Below the pieces are notes generated by a model, which saw nothing but the letters and a program-made list of their open reading frames with translations, was not told the DNA's origin and searched no databases. The position numbers and the translations under genes were made by a program. 64,000 nucleotides of DNA from an uncultured virus (IMG/VR IMGVR_UViG_2713897279_000003) (lineage: Duplodnaviria; Heunggongvirae; Uroviricota; Caudoviricetes), in the IMG/VR virus record IMGVR_UViG_2713897279_000003. One strand, written 5' to 3'. This document shows, one piece after another, positions 41,455 to 51,756 of the stretch; positions within the stretch are counted from its first letter, which is position 1, and each line of letters begins with the position of its first letter.

Positions 41455-42747
41455 CTATGATTCTTTTGTATAATGTAATCTCACAGCATGAAGGCAGGGG
41501 TTAACTCCATTATAAGGATCAGGGTGCAGATGTGTTTTAATCCAAACCCTTTCTGCTATTTGGTTTTTCCAATCAGCATTTAAAAGAGGTCGAAGTGTAT
41601 AATCATTATCTTCTACGTAGACTTCATATTCATAGATAGCTCCGTTTAATTGTGTCTCCATATTTTTAGGGTAGCTAAATGCGCCTCTATTTAGAAAAAC
41701 ATGCTCTACGGATTCTATGTTATATACCCCTTCCATATTAAATGGTGTTAACAACATTCCTCCGCTGGTTTCAAATGTTGTTAAAAATAAACCTATTTCT
41801 TGTGCACCTAATGTAAAAATAGTTTTTCCATCTACATTGATTGAATAGTTCTGTACAAATGTGATTCTAATTTTTTGCACAGGTACACTCGGGAAAAACC
41901 ATTTCTTTCTTGGGGCATGATTTTCAGATGCTATACTAGTAATTTCATTTTGGTGAAAGCCTTGAATTGTTCGCCACCCATCATTGTAATGCATTTCAAT
42001 ATCCTTTATTTGAATCCCTCGTTCTGGGTGAGGGTGTATTGCAATTGTATTAACATGAAGGTTATTAACTAAATGCAATGGCAGTTCAATTTCTAATACA
42101 ACGTCCTCACCATTTTGAGGAACATCTGTTGGAGAGTCATATGTTACGGTTCTTCTCCAAAAAGATAAATTGTCACCATTAAATGCATTTAAAATGTTAT
42201 TATCTATTACTTTTCCTTTTTTACTGGTTCTTCCCACTTGAACTTTTAACTCAGAAGGAATAATCCGTTTTCCATTGATATCCACAATATGAGTTTTTGA
42301 TATTTGATGAATTTTTGGTATAGTTGCAAATCTATATTGTAAATCAATTTCAGATCTTGGAATTGTAATCTGATTATTTTGGAATTCTTTTGGATAATTT
42401 ATCTTCATATCTTGCACAAAAGCTGTCTTATGAAAATTTTTATTTATAATTGATGGTCCACTAAGAGTATCTAATTGCTTTTCAATAAGAGCCATGCGGT
42501 CCTCTAAGATTTTCACATAATTATGTAATGTTAGATTTTCCATCATAACTGTTTGATGTGCTTCCTTAAGTGTAATATTTAATTCGTTTGTTTGCTTATA
42601 CAACTCCAATAACTCTGCATATTTTAAGTCTTCATTTTCATTATACTCTTGGGAAGAGGTTGGTCCACGAAACTTCGCTCCACCACTTTTACTCGTAGGC
42701 ATTCTCATAACTTTGATATCTCCTTTCAGCTTCAGCAACTCGCTCAT
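41455..42747 (-). CDS. Putative virion (baseplate/tail) protein, paralogue family member
   Basis: FRGPTSSQEYN coiled-coil N-terminus, NAFNGDNLSFW discoidin-like motif, NPCLHAVRL C-terminus. Confidence 0.7.
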   Translation of the reverse strand: MSELLKLKGDIKVMRMPTSKSGGAKFRGPTSSQEYNENEDLKYAELLELYKQTNELNITLKEAHQTVMMENLTLHNYVKILEDRMALIEKQLDTLSGPSIINKNFHKTAFVQDMKINYPKEFQNNQITIPRSEIDLQYRFATIPKIHQISKTHIVDINGKRIIPSELKVQVGRTSKKGKVIDNNILNAFNGDNLSFWRRTVTYDSPTDVPQNGEDVVLEIELPLHLVNNLHVNTIAIHPHPERGIQIKDIEMHYNDGWRTIQGFHQNEITSIASENHAPRKKWFFPSVPVQKIRITFVQNYSINVDGKTIFTLGAQEIGLFLTTFETSGGMLLTPFNMEGVYNIESVEHVFLNRGAFSYPKNMETQLNGAIYEYEVYVEDNDYTLRPLLNADWKNQIAERVWIKTHLHPDPYNGVNPCLHAVRLHYTKES

Positions 42748-43945
42748 CTAATTGTTGCAAATGCTGTTTCAGTTCATAAATACCTAGCATGCCATTGACA
42801 GAAGAATCTCTGTTTAATTGTATCATATTGTCCCCAAAAGTTCTTATGTGTCCGTTATGTATATTGTTCTGCATATTTTGTATTTCGCTTATATTTTCCA
42901 CATTTTCTCCTATTTTCATAGAAATACTAATATTTTTCTTACCTTCAAACCAAGATTGTATACCAAGGTCTGCTTTTTTCTTTAAATCAGTAATAGAACG
43001 ATGCAACTGTCTAATATCATATATTTGCTCTTGATGGTCATGTAATGCTTTTTCTGACTCTCTATGCCCTCTATATCTAGCGTTCCTTTTCATGATGTTA
43101 GGATATTTGTATAGAGGTGACATAGGGATTGCAGGATTCATTAAATCCACTATATCTTTTGGTGGCTCATCTATTGTTGCCGGCTTATCCATCAAAGGCG
43201 GCACAATTGGCTCTTTAGGATCTTTAAATTTATCTTTGTCTTTTATAGTTTGTATAAATAGCTTAGATGTTTTCATACACTTATGTACGGAGTAGGAAAT
43301 ATCGTATGCTGTTTCACTCTCTATATTACTCGTAACAACTAAGGATTTGTTTGTTTCCTCTATTACAGTTAATTTCTTATCATATATCCAGTTTCCTTTT
43401 TCTGAATAGGGATGCATTGCGGAGAAAATTGCTTTCTCGCCTGGCCTAATCGTATAAGTATTTGGTGTTAACTGTATATCGCAAATAGTTTCCACTCGAC
43501 CCATTTGTATTTCTACGAAGTCTTTTGTGTATCCAATATAGGGGCTGCCTGTCCAATGTTCACTTTCACTTAATTTATCGAATGGCAATCCATAAAACCA
43601 GTTTCCAATTAGCATATTTAGATTTTGAGAGCTTTTGCTTTTACTCTTAACAGAAACCACCCATGACTCAGAGCCATCTATAAATGTATAGAGTGCTCCA
43701 AGTAAGCGGCCATATCTGCCTGAACCAAAATAGGACATATTCGTAATCCGAATAAGATTACCATCCTCTTTAGATACATCAACTTCTAATGCTTCTCCTG
43801 TAGATAAGGATATTATTTTTTTGTTACCTAGCTGATCCCAATTAATAATGATTTGTTCTGCTGGTAAATCTCTTAGCATTTCACCATCTTCACTTTGCTG
43901 AGCGTTAGCAAAGAATAACGTAAGATGTTTAGCAGTTTGGTCCAT
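42689..43945 (-). CDS. Putative virion structural protein
   Basis: 418 aa in the cluster; RYRGHRESEK motif shared with the neighbour. Confidence 0.7.
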   Translation of the reverse strand: MDQTAKHLTLFFANAQQSEDGEMLRDLPAEQIIINWDQLGNKKIISLSTGEALEVDVSKEDGNLIRITNMSYFGSGRYGRLLGALYTFIDGSESWVVSVKSKSKSSQNLNMLIGNWFYGLPFDKLSESEHWTGSPYIGYTKDFVEIQMGRVETICDIQLTPNTYTIRPGEKAIFSAMHPYSEKGNWIYDKKLTVIEETNKSLVVTSNIESETAYDISYSVHKCMKTSKLFIQTIKDKDKFKDPKEPIVPPLMDKPATIDEPPKDIVDLMNPAIPMSPLYKYPNIMKRNARYRGHRESEKALHDHQEQIYDIRQLHRSITDLKKKADLGIQSWFEGKKNISISMKIGENVENISEIQNMQNNIHNGHIRTFGDNMIQLNRDSSVNGMLGIYELKQHLQQLDERVAEAERRYQSYENAYE

Positions 43946-43954
43946 TTAATCACC

Positions 43955-46102
43955 TCATTTAGCACGCAATTGAATGCTATATATTTTTGGAGTTACATAA
44001 GGTACATTTGCATCCCTGCGTAAATTTGCACGTAAAATCATTTCATTGTGCTTTTCAATATTTTTATTCGTTTCATAAATTAATTGGAAGATACAATTCT
44101 TCGGTAAATAATTTAAAACAACTTGTCTTTCATGAATAGCAAAATAACTACGATTATTAGGAGATATATTATGAAATAAAGTATGCGACTCTACAAACTG
44201 CATAGATTCAAGATCACCACGGACTCTTTTTTCTTTTGCGAAATTAAATTTGCCTATGATTGTTTCAAGTGGCAGCTCTTCTCTTCTTGTATCTACCCTA
44301 TCTTGCATGTCTCCCCAATGATATAAAATTTGAATTTCATTCCATCCCTTTTCAAATTTCATTGTTACTTCATCATTTACAGGTGCTAATCGTTGACGAT
44401 TTACATATACAGAATAGGAGCCTAGTCGTTTTCTTGAGCCAGTTCCTAGCATAGACATTACAGATAAGCTTAATGGCTCATTTCTTGATTCATCTGCAAA
44501 TACACAAATACTATATCTATAGAAGTTATCATCAAACCCTCCACCGTCTCTTCTGAGGGATAAGATATTTCCTTTTGGTATGTAATCCACACGAATTATT
44601 TCAGGGCGGTTTTGATACTGCTGATCCCAAATACTATTAAGAGGAATTTGACCATTGAACGGGATATAAGTCCTCTCTCTTTTCCACTGATTAATCCCCC
44701 GAAATAACTTAGGGTTTTCAAGCTCATCAAACGTTTCTTGTGTTGACCCTGTTTGTGTATTAAGAATTTGTTCGGAAATTATGCCATCGCCATTATCTTT
44801 CATAAGTCGAAACACCTGCATGCCATTAATGACCTCTCTTGTTGGCTCACATTTGCTCGTTTCAATTTGCTTAGTCTCTTTTGTATTAAGAGTTACTACC
44901 TTGGCGAATTTTGGTTGTGTATCGTCTGAAGATGATACTGGATGCCAAATTAGTTCCTCCAAGCTCTTTGCAGGATCATGCAAGGCAATCTCATACTTTA
45001 GCTCTGTATTAAAAGGAACATCCTCTTTTGTCATAATAGATACTTGCTGAATTGTATCCTTGAATGGAATTGAATTTGTATATAAAACACCTTCACTTAG
45101 GTAATCCTTCTTATACATACCAATTGTCTTTGCTCCAAAATAGTAATTATAAAAGTCGCCAGACCTTTCATCATAGTCACTTTTTTCGAATACAAATTTT
45201 ACACCTTGTGCATTAATTTTTTGAAAGCTCCATATTTTAATACCAGTAATTTTATCTGTTTGCGCTTGCTGATAAATAGGAGAGAATGCTGCTCCATCAT
45301 TTGTATATTCTAACTTGATATTAATTGGCTTTCCGTGATGTGGAATATATTCAATATAATTCAGCTCTTCTACTTCATCAAACATGACAGTCAATTCAGC
45401 TCGCATGACATTACTTGCACTTAACTCTTTTGTTTTAACAACATGCCACCAAGCTGTATTAATATTATCATCAAATGCATGCGTAATGCTTTCCAATGCT
45501 TCATTCTTCTGGGATGGCTGTAGTGTTTGAAAATACGCTTTATTTGGATCAATAATAATTCTTTTCCCTTTTCCGATATTTTCAGATAAGGTTACCTCTT
45601 TATTCTGAATGTCTACAAATATAGTACTATTTGCTTTATTCACATCACTAGCATTCTCAAAACTAACTACATAGCTCTCAAAGTATTTATAATCACTGTT
45701 GTTAGAGACTAATAGTAGCTCATCTATAGACTTAGAGATATTAGCCAGTTCATGACTTAGTTTATTTCTCTCTGTTTCTATTAAGTTGAAATCAGTCATA
45801 ATTTGTGTCGTTTGATTAATAGTGGCTTCATAGGCATCTGTTATATCTTGATGTATCTGTGATACATGATTATTATATTTATCGGCATCTGACTTTTCTT
45901 TTCGAAATACCTTCACTGGATTAAACGATGGCGTTCCAGGTCTATGCTCTCGCAACCATTGTGCAAACTGATGTGTAATAGTCTCAAAAGTAGGATATCT
46001 GCCACGAAACAGATATCCTTTTATAATTTCTTCTACTTTTCTTGTGATTTGTATCTTTTTTATACTCATGTAATCACCTTTTCTTAGTCTGGTCTTCTGC
46101 AA
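43955..46102 (-). CDS. Putative virion (baseplate/tail) protein, paralogue family member
   Basis: AFDDNINTAWW motif; TPKIYSIQLR C-terminus; likely start ATG ~46069 after AAGGTG. Confidence 0.72.
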   Translation of the reverse strand: MQKTRLRKGDYMSIKKIQITRKVEEIIKGYLFRGRYPTFETITHQFAQWLREHRPGTPSFNPVKVFRKEKSDADKYNNHVSQIHQDITDAYEATINQTTQIMTDFNLIETERNKLSHELANISKSIDELLLVSNNSDYKYFESYVVSFENASDVNKANSTIFVDIQNKEVTLSENIGKGKRIIIDPNKAYFQTLQPSQKNEALESITHAFDDNINTAWWHVVKTKELSASNVMRAELTVMFDEVEELNYIEYIPHHGKPINIKLEYTNDGAAFSPIYQQAQTDKITGIKIWSFQKINAQGVKFVFEKSDYDERSGDFYNYYFGAKTIGMYKKDYLSEGVLYTNSIPFKDTIQQVSIMTKEDVPFNTELKYEIALHDPAKSLEELIWHPVSSSDDTQPKFAKVVTLNTKETKQIETSKCEPTREVINGMQVFRLMKDNGDGIISEQILNTQTGSTQETFDELENPKLFRGINQWKRERTYIPFNGQIPLNSIWDQQYQNRPEIIRVDYIPKGNILSLRRDGGGFDDNFYRYSICVFADESRNEPLSLSVMSMLGTGSRKRLGSYSVYVNRQRLAPVNDEVTMKFEKGWNEIQILYHWGDMQDRVDTRREELPLETIIGKFNFAKEKRVRGDLESMQFVESHTLFHNISPNNRSYFAIHERQVVLNYLPKNCIFQLIYETNKNIEKHNEMILRANLRRDANVPYVTPKIYSIQLRAK

Positions 46103-49100
46103 TCTGTATAGTTTACTAAAAGATTAGTTTCTACACGATCGCCATTTGTATTGTAAACAGTTGCCTTCGTTAATTGGAATGTATCCTCAGTATACGTTTC
46201 TCGCTTTGTTATTCCGCCGCCTTTTTTAAACCAAATATCAAACATCCAATCTGCAGAAGCTTCAAAATTAAGACCACCAGTTTCTTTTGTAATTGTATAA
46301 AACTCATAGTTATAATGAGTAGGATAATTTGAATTATGCCAGTACTCTATGCTAGTGATTATGTTATTCTCTTTTAAAGTTGGAATGATATTTTCAGGTC
46401 TACTAGGCATTGGATACATATTTAGAGAAGTAAAAACAATGGCATGTTTTACTGCGTCATGTCTGTATTTATTGTTAAATGTAAATAACCCAAAAGTAGG
46501 GTCAGTAAACTGATTCCATTCGACATTAAATTCTTTCCTATCAAGGCCTTTGAGTCTTTCGAAAGACATTACCTTAGATAAATCTATTTCATTCACAGGA
46601 GTAAATTCTTGATAGAAAGCAGGTTTTCCATCAGGGTTTAGACCTGTAGAGATTATTGCAACTCTAGCATCCACTTTTGCATCTATTAGATTTTGAATTA
46701 GGATTTTTACATTTTGTTTCATATTATGAAACCATAGATCTTCTAGTTTTTCATAAGTATTAATAGATAACACTATGTCAATTTTACCTATCTCATTAGC
46801 TGTGGCGTTTCCTGTTAATTTTCTAGGGAAAAGTTTATGTTTAAACATAGGGATTCTCGGGTACACATCTTCTGTATCTTTTTCCCCTGTAAATTCATAT
46901 TCCTTTTTGAATTCCCCTGATTCTACAACTAATTTTTTAATCTTATGGAAATCATCTTTCACAGAAAATTTAAAGTCACTAACAAATGAGCTACCAAAGC
47001 AATTCTTGCCACGAGCACTCTTCTTATCGTCACTAGTACTATAAGCACTTGCATCCGTAAATCTAAGCGGACCTTTTGTACAGTCATTCCCTATGAATGA
47101 AAGTGAATCAGTTTTTACTTCTCCATTTTCATCTATGACACCAAACTTAACAACTACTAGATTATTTTTACTAATTAAATTTGTATCAACAGGAATTGTT
47201 TTCGATACATATCTTTGGTTATTGATTTTTTCAGTATTATTAAAAATCTCTTTACCATTAATCTTAACAACAGAAAAGACATTAACAATATTATTAATGC
47301 TTTTCACATTAACTGTGATTACATGAATAGGCTTTTCAACATTATTTTCTTTATTTGCGCATAATGAATATGGAACATTTAAGAAATCAATTTTTATATT
47401 ATCTGAATTCCCTTCAATATTAACATCTACAGGCGTTTCTTTTTTACAATTAACAGCTATCAGCTTGAGCTCCTTTGTAGAACTAATACCACTTTCATTT
47501 GTTGCAGTTACACTAATTGAGAAAGTATCACCAGGATCAAGAAAAGTTGTGTCTAATGAAAGATTATGAGTAAATTCTTTTTTATTTTGCAGCGTTATTA
47601 CTTCAGGGTCTTTTATAAGTTTACCATTTATTTTTAAAGAACAACTAAATGACTTTATTCCTAAAGTGTCTGATATATATACGTTTAAGCTTTCAAATAA
47701 ACTATCTTTAATATTAGGATTCTCTTCTTGAGTTAGATATCTATTTCCACATAAATCCTTTGGAGCATCTTTAAATTGTATCTCCGGACCATTTGAAGAA
47801 ATGCCAGTTTCAATAAAGTTTTGAGAAGGACATATCGATTTAATAAAATCTTCGTCCAACCGATATACAATAACATCATCTTTCCCACCGACATACGGTG
47901 CTTTACTGTAATCCACAGTACCATTATGGAGCCATAAAAGATTATTTACTGATTTCAAAGCCCCTATTGAATATTCTGGATAGCTTACTCCAGCTGACTT
48001 ATATTGAATTCCTTGTGACCATCTAGTTTGTTCTACACCCGTCCTATCTCTATAGAGTACACCTAATGCTGTTATTAGAATATTATCTTTGCCAGGGCCA
48101 CTGGTAATTTGAATCGCAGGGCTCTTAAAGAATTTTTCCCATCCCACTTTTACGACGACTTCTCCGTTTTTAGTGGTAAATTTATAATTGTATGCATAGG
48201 CGGTTAAGGATATTTTCCTTACTTCAAGTTTATTCGTTACATCATTGTAATACTGAACTAAAATATGAGTTACTAAATTACATGAATAAATATTTCCAGA
48301 GGGCTGATAAGTAAATGTATCAGGGTTAAAATCATTCATTGTATCACAAGCATGATCAATCCAATCATTCTCAAAAACCGGTATTACATAACTCCCCTTT
48401 TCACCTAGACTTGGAGCGGAAGAAAAGTCACCTTGGATTGTTTGAGGGAACCAATCTGCATCTTTCTTATCGTTTCCTACTAGGATTTTTTCTATGTTTG
48501 AAACTTGCCCAAGTGTCTTTCCTATACCTACTGGCCAAATCACATGTGGGTCATCATAATAATCTGAATAGAGCAAACTAATAGCATGAATTTGAAAAGT
48601 TTGTTTTGATTCATCATTTCCTGCTGCTAACATTAGCACAGGGCCACTAAATTGCTTACTCCATCCTATTGCAAGTTTTGCACCTGCCCCATTATCTAAA
48701 AATGTTAAAGGCAGCGTAGAAGCTGGAATATGTAGCATTTTAATCTCATGAAAGCCATTGTCGTTATAAAGATAATAATAAAGAGTAATGTCCTCTAATT
48801 TATAGCAATCTCGAACTCTCTTTTTACCTTCATGATTTGTATCTGGTCTACGGCAGTCTTCCACTACAAATGAAAAGCTTTTATTAATAGATAAGTTTTG
48901 AGTATCATATGCAGTTATGCCAACTGTTACAGAGTCACCTTTTTTAATACCTAAATCAGTAAGTTTTTGATAAGGAATTTTTACGTATATGCTAGATTCA
49001 TTAATGCCCATGATACTAATCGCTGGCATCTCTTGTATAGAAACTGGTTGTTTCTTTTTGTTTTTACAGCCACATCCTTCTTGTTCTTCAAAAGCATCTA

Positions 49101-51756
49101 ACCATTCCCCGAAATCCTCTATTTCCATAAGATCTACCTTTGAATTACTAGTATTCATTGCTTGTAATACCGCTTCTTCAGGTTCAAATAATATGCCGTT
49201 TATAGTATAGCTAATGCTACGTATGGAGGATGAGGACTGAACACTTCCATAAAAGATAAGTGGATCATTTTCACATAGTGTTATTGGATATTTATCTAAG
49301 ATAATTGACATGCCCTTTGTCTTATCCGGTTCAACTGCTTTATCTTCTTCTGGCATATTGTCACAAGTTACAACTTCAAATATGCATACATCAAATGCCA
49401 TACCTTTTTGGTCGTATGCTCTCACTGAAATGGTTGTAGTTCCTTTAGGAAGCATAAGAGCTGGTATCGTAAATTCAAAATTTGACTCTGCTCCTGAAAT
49501 GGTTTTGGTTTCTTTTTTCTTCGGTCCAATATATAATTCAGCTTTTGATAAACTATTGTTACTTATTGCTTTGCATTTCAGTGTTAAATCCTTATCGTCA
49601 CACCATTGAGTTGGTTTATTAAGAATACTAATCTTTAGATTTGATGGTTCAATAGTTTCGGTAATTGGATCATCGGGAGTTTCTTTATAAATAATGTCAG
49701 GAGCTATTGTATTTGTTTTTTTATAACTTTTTTCACTCTCGTAACTATTTGAAACCGTGCTTATAGTTTGTAAATTAAAATTATACCCTGTTAGTATAGG
49801 ACTGGCTTGCAAGAATGAATTTGCTGATTGTGGAGTAGAAGCATAGTCTTTTAGCATAAATCCTTCTACTGTGTAATCATTTGGTCTACGTCCTAATACC
49901 TTTAATCGTAAGCTGTAGACAGGATATTCTGATTCTAAATAAGCATCTTTGTGGTCTAATTTTTGCTTAGAACTTTCTACTGTTCTTACTGTATATATCT
50001 TTGGTGGTTGTTCATCAGAAAGTACTTGATGCTGCAACGGTGTTATAGGATGCCATGTGGTACCATCATCAATAGATATAAAATACTTTAACCATTCATA
50101 AGATAACTCAGGATTCTCAGAGAACATTTGCGGGATATTTTGATTTACATTTAAAGATATTTTATCTAGTGCTTTATCGAAGAAAAATGGAAATGTAACT
50201 AGCTCTCCTTCTTCTTCATACTCGCATGACCATATCTCTATATCCCTAATCCCTATGCACCATCTGAATCCTTCAAATTTTTCTACCCCCATATCTATAG
50301 TATCTAAATCAATACTGTTCATAAGGCGATTGATTGTTTCACCAATACTCGTTGCTTTAATATTCGTTTCACCCAGTAGAGGATAGTTCGCTTCTACACT
50401 ATTCTCATTTACTTTTACTTCTATACCTAAATCTTCAAGAGAAATCAATGGACCTTCTACACGAGGTGCATATTTATATTTTTTAGTAGCCATATCCATT
50501 GCATATTCAGACTTATCTTCTGATTGTGTTTTCTTCTCATAAAAGATATGACCTATATCTGTAATGTATTTGTGAGATTGCTCAAATAGGATCGAGATTA
50601 CTTTTGCTTTTACTGGTGCAAAATGAAACTGATATTGATTTTCCTTTTTGTCTTTAGGTAGGACTGACTTCGGCTGATTCTTCCCATCAGATACTAAAAT
50701 ATTTTTAATAACAGCTGTCTTCGCTCCATAATTAGAAGGAGTATACATATTCAAATTGATTTCATTAATAACTTTTTCCTCTTTTAATATAATTTGCATA
50801 TGTAGTTTTAAGCTGCCATTATCTGCATCCTCCGCCCATTGTATAGTTTGATTGCCATGCACTTGATAATTCCAGCCTAAGTTTTTTGCCACACGCACTT
50901 TATCATGCTCTCGGACATTTACTTTTTCATATTCAAACCATGTGTTAGGCGAGCCATCTAAGACAGCTGAATAATCGCTATGATTGTTTTCTTCTCCTAA
51001 GAAAGTGGGAATATAATTCTTATTTGTTAGAATATCATCCGTAACACTATGTATTTCTGTATTGTTACCTGGAAACCCATTTGATTCAGTGCCAATAATA
51101 AACTTATCTTGCTTACGATTACCAGCAATAATAGTAACACTAGAATCTAGAGCGACATTTTCTCTACTCTTTTGAGGCAATGTTACAGCCCCATTTACTA
51201 TTTCTAATGGCTTTCCTACGATACGACTATAGTCTATCTTTTCTTTATTTAAAAAGTCATCTCTACCAAATTTAATATCATCTTCACTTTTCTCTGCATA
51301 GATTTCTAAATCCCTCATTTTATCAAAAATGTTTTCATATTGATTATTAAGAATTTCATGTTGCACAGTATTGTGATTAAAATCTGTATACATTGATCGC
51401 CCTATGATATCCATCTCCTGAAACAATAGCTCAAGATCTTGCTTGATTTCTATCATCATTTGATTAAAATCTTCACTCCAAGGAGGGCCACCTTCTGGAG
51501 CAAAACGAGGTACCATATTTGGTTTCCCCACAGAAGTAAAGAATTCTTGAAATGAATTAAATACAGATGCAATCAGTTTTGGCTCTGACTGAATAGAGTT
51601 ATCTTCAAATTTTTGCTTTGCTCGTTCAAACAATTGACGAGCTTGCAAATATAGCATTTGAGAGTTATTTTTGATTGGCTTACTCATATTAAACCTCCTG
51701 ATCGTATGATTGACACTTAATACTGTAACTGTATAAAGCTGGCGTAACTGACGCAT
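46084..51756 (-). CDS. Large putative virion/adhesin protein: paralogue N-terminus, Cys-bounded Ig-like repeats, duplicated domain, C-terminal VWA-like domain
   Basis: VLDGSPNTWF motif; repeats I....P..L/WC...C; IDIVLSI...VDARVAII...YRHDAVKHAIVFT. Likely start ATG ~51687 after GGAGG. Confidence 0.75.
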   Translation of the reverse strand: MRQLRQLYTVTVLSVNHTIRRFNMSKPIKNNSQMLYLQARQLFERAKQKFEDNSIQSEPKLIASVFNSFQEFFTSVGKPNMVPRFAPEGGPPWSEDFNQMMIEIKQDLELLFQEMDIIGRSMYTDFNHNTVQHEILNNQYENIFDKMRDLEIYAEKSEDDIKFGRDDFLNKEKIDYSRIVGKPLEIVNGAVTLPQKSRENVALDSSVTIIAGNRKQDKFIIGTESNGFPGNNTEIHSVTDDILTNKNYIPTFLGEENNHSDYSAVLDGSPNTWFEYEKVNVREHDKVRVAKNLGWNYQVHGNQTIQWAEDADNGSLKLHMQIILKEEKVINEINLNMYTPSNYGAKTAVIKNILVSDGKNQPKSVLPKDKKENQYQFHFAPVKAKVISILFEQSHKYITDIGHIFYEKKTQSEDKSEYAMDMATKKYKYAPRVEGPLISLEDLGIEVKVNENSVEANYPLLGETNIKATSIGETINRLMNSIDLDTIDMGVEKFEGFRWCIGIRDIEIWSCEYEEEGELVTFPFFFDKALDKISLNVNQNIPQMFSENPELSYEWLKYFISIDDGTTWHPITPLQHQVLSDEQPPKIYTVRTVESSKQKLDHKDAYLESEYPVYSLRLKVLGRRPNDYTVEGFMLKDYASTPQSANSFLQASPILTGYNFNLQTISTVSNSYESEKSYKKTNTIAPDIIYKETPDDPITETIEPSNLKISILNKPTQWCDDKDLTLKCKAISNNSLSKAELYIGPKKKETKTISGAESNFEFTIPALMLPKGTTTISVRAYDQKGMAFDVCIFEVVTCDNMPEEDKAVEPDKTKGMSIILDKYPITLCENDPLIFYGSVQSSSSIRSISYTINGILFEPEEAVLQAMNTSNSKVDLMEIEDFGEWLDAFEEQEGCGCKNKKKQPVSIQEMPAISIMGINESSIYVKIPYQKLTDLGIKKGDSVTVGITAYDTQNLSINKSFSFVVEDCRRPDTNHEGKKRVRDCYKLEDITLYYYLYNDNGFHEIKMLHIPASTLPLTFLDNGAGAKLAIGWSKQFSGPVLMLAAGNDESKQTFQIHAISLLYSDYYDDPHVIWPVGIGKTLGQVSNIEKILVGNDKKDADWFPQTIQGDFSSAPSLGEKGSYVIPVFENDWIDHACDTMNDFNPDTFTYQPSGNIYSCNLVTHILVQYYNDVTNKLEVRKISLTAYAYNYKFTTKNGEVVVKVGWEKFFKSPAIQITSGPGKDNILITALGVLYRDRTGVEQTRWSQGIQYKSAGVSYPEYSIGALKSVNNLLWLHNGTVDYSKAPYVGGKDDVIVYRLDEDFIKSICPSQNFIETGISSNGPEIQFKDAPKDLCGNRYLTQEENPNIKDSLFESLNVYISDTLGIKSFSCSLKINGKLIKDPEVITLQNKKEFTHNLSLDTTFLDPGDTFSISVTATNESGISSTKELKLIAVNCKKETPVDVNIEGNSDNIKIDFLNVPYSLCANKENNVEKPIHVITVNVKSINNIVNVFSVVKINGKEIFNNTEKINNQRYVSKTIPVDTNLISKNNLVVVKFGVIDENGEVKTDSLSFIGNDCTKGPLRFTDASAYSTSDDKKSARGKNCFGSSFVSDFKFSVKDDFHKIKKLVVESGEFKKEYEFTGEKDTEDVYPRIPMFKHKLFPRKLTGNATANEIGKIDIVLSINTYEKLEDLWFHNMKQNVKILIQNLIDAKVDARVAIISTGLNPDGKPAFYQEFTPVNEIDLSKVMSFERLKGLDRKEFNVEWNQFTDPTFGLFTFNNKYRHDAVKHAIVFTSLNMYPMPSRPENIIPTLKENNIITSIEYWHNSNYPTHYNYEFYTITKETGGLNFEASADWMFDIWFKKGGGITKRETYTEDTFQLTKATVYNTNGDRVETNLLVNYTDCRRPD

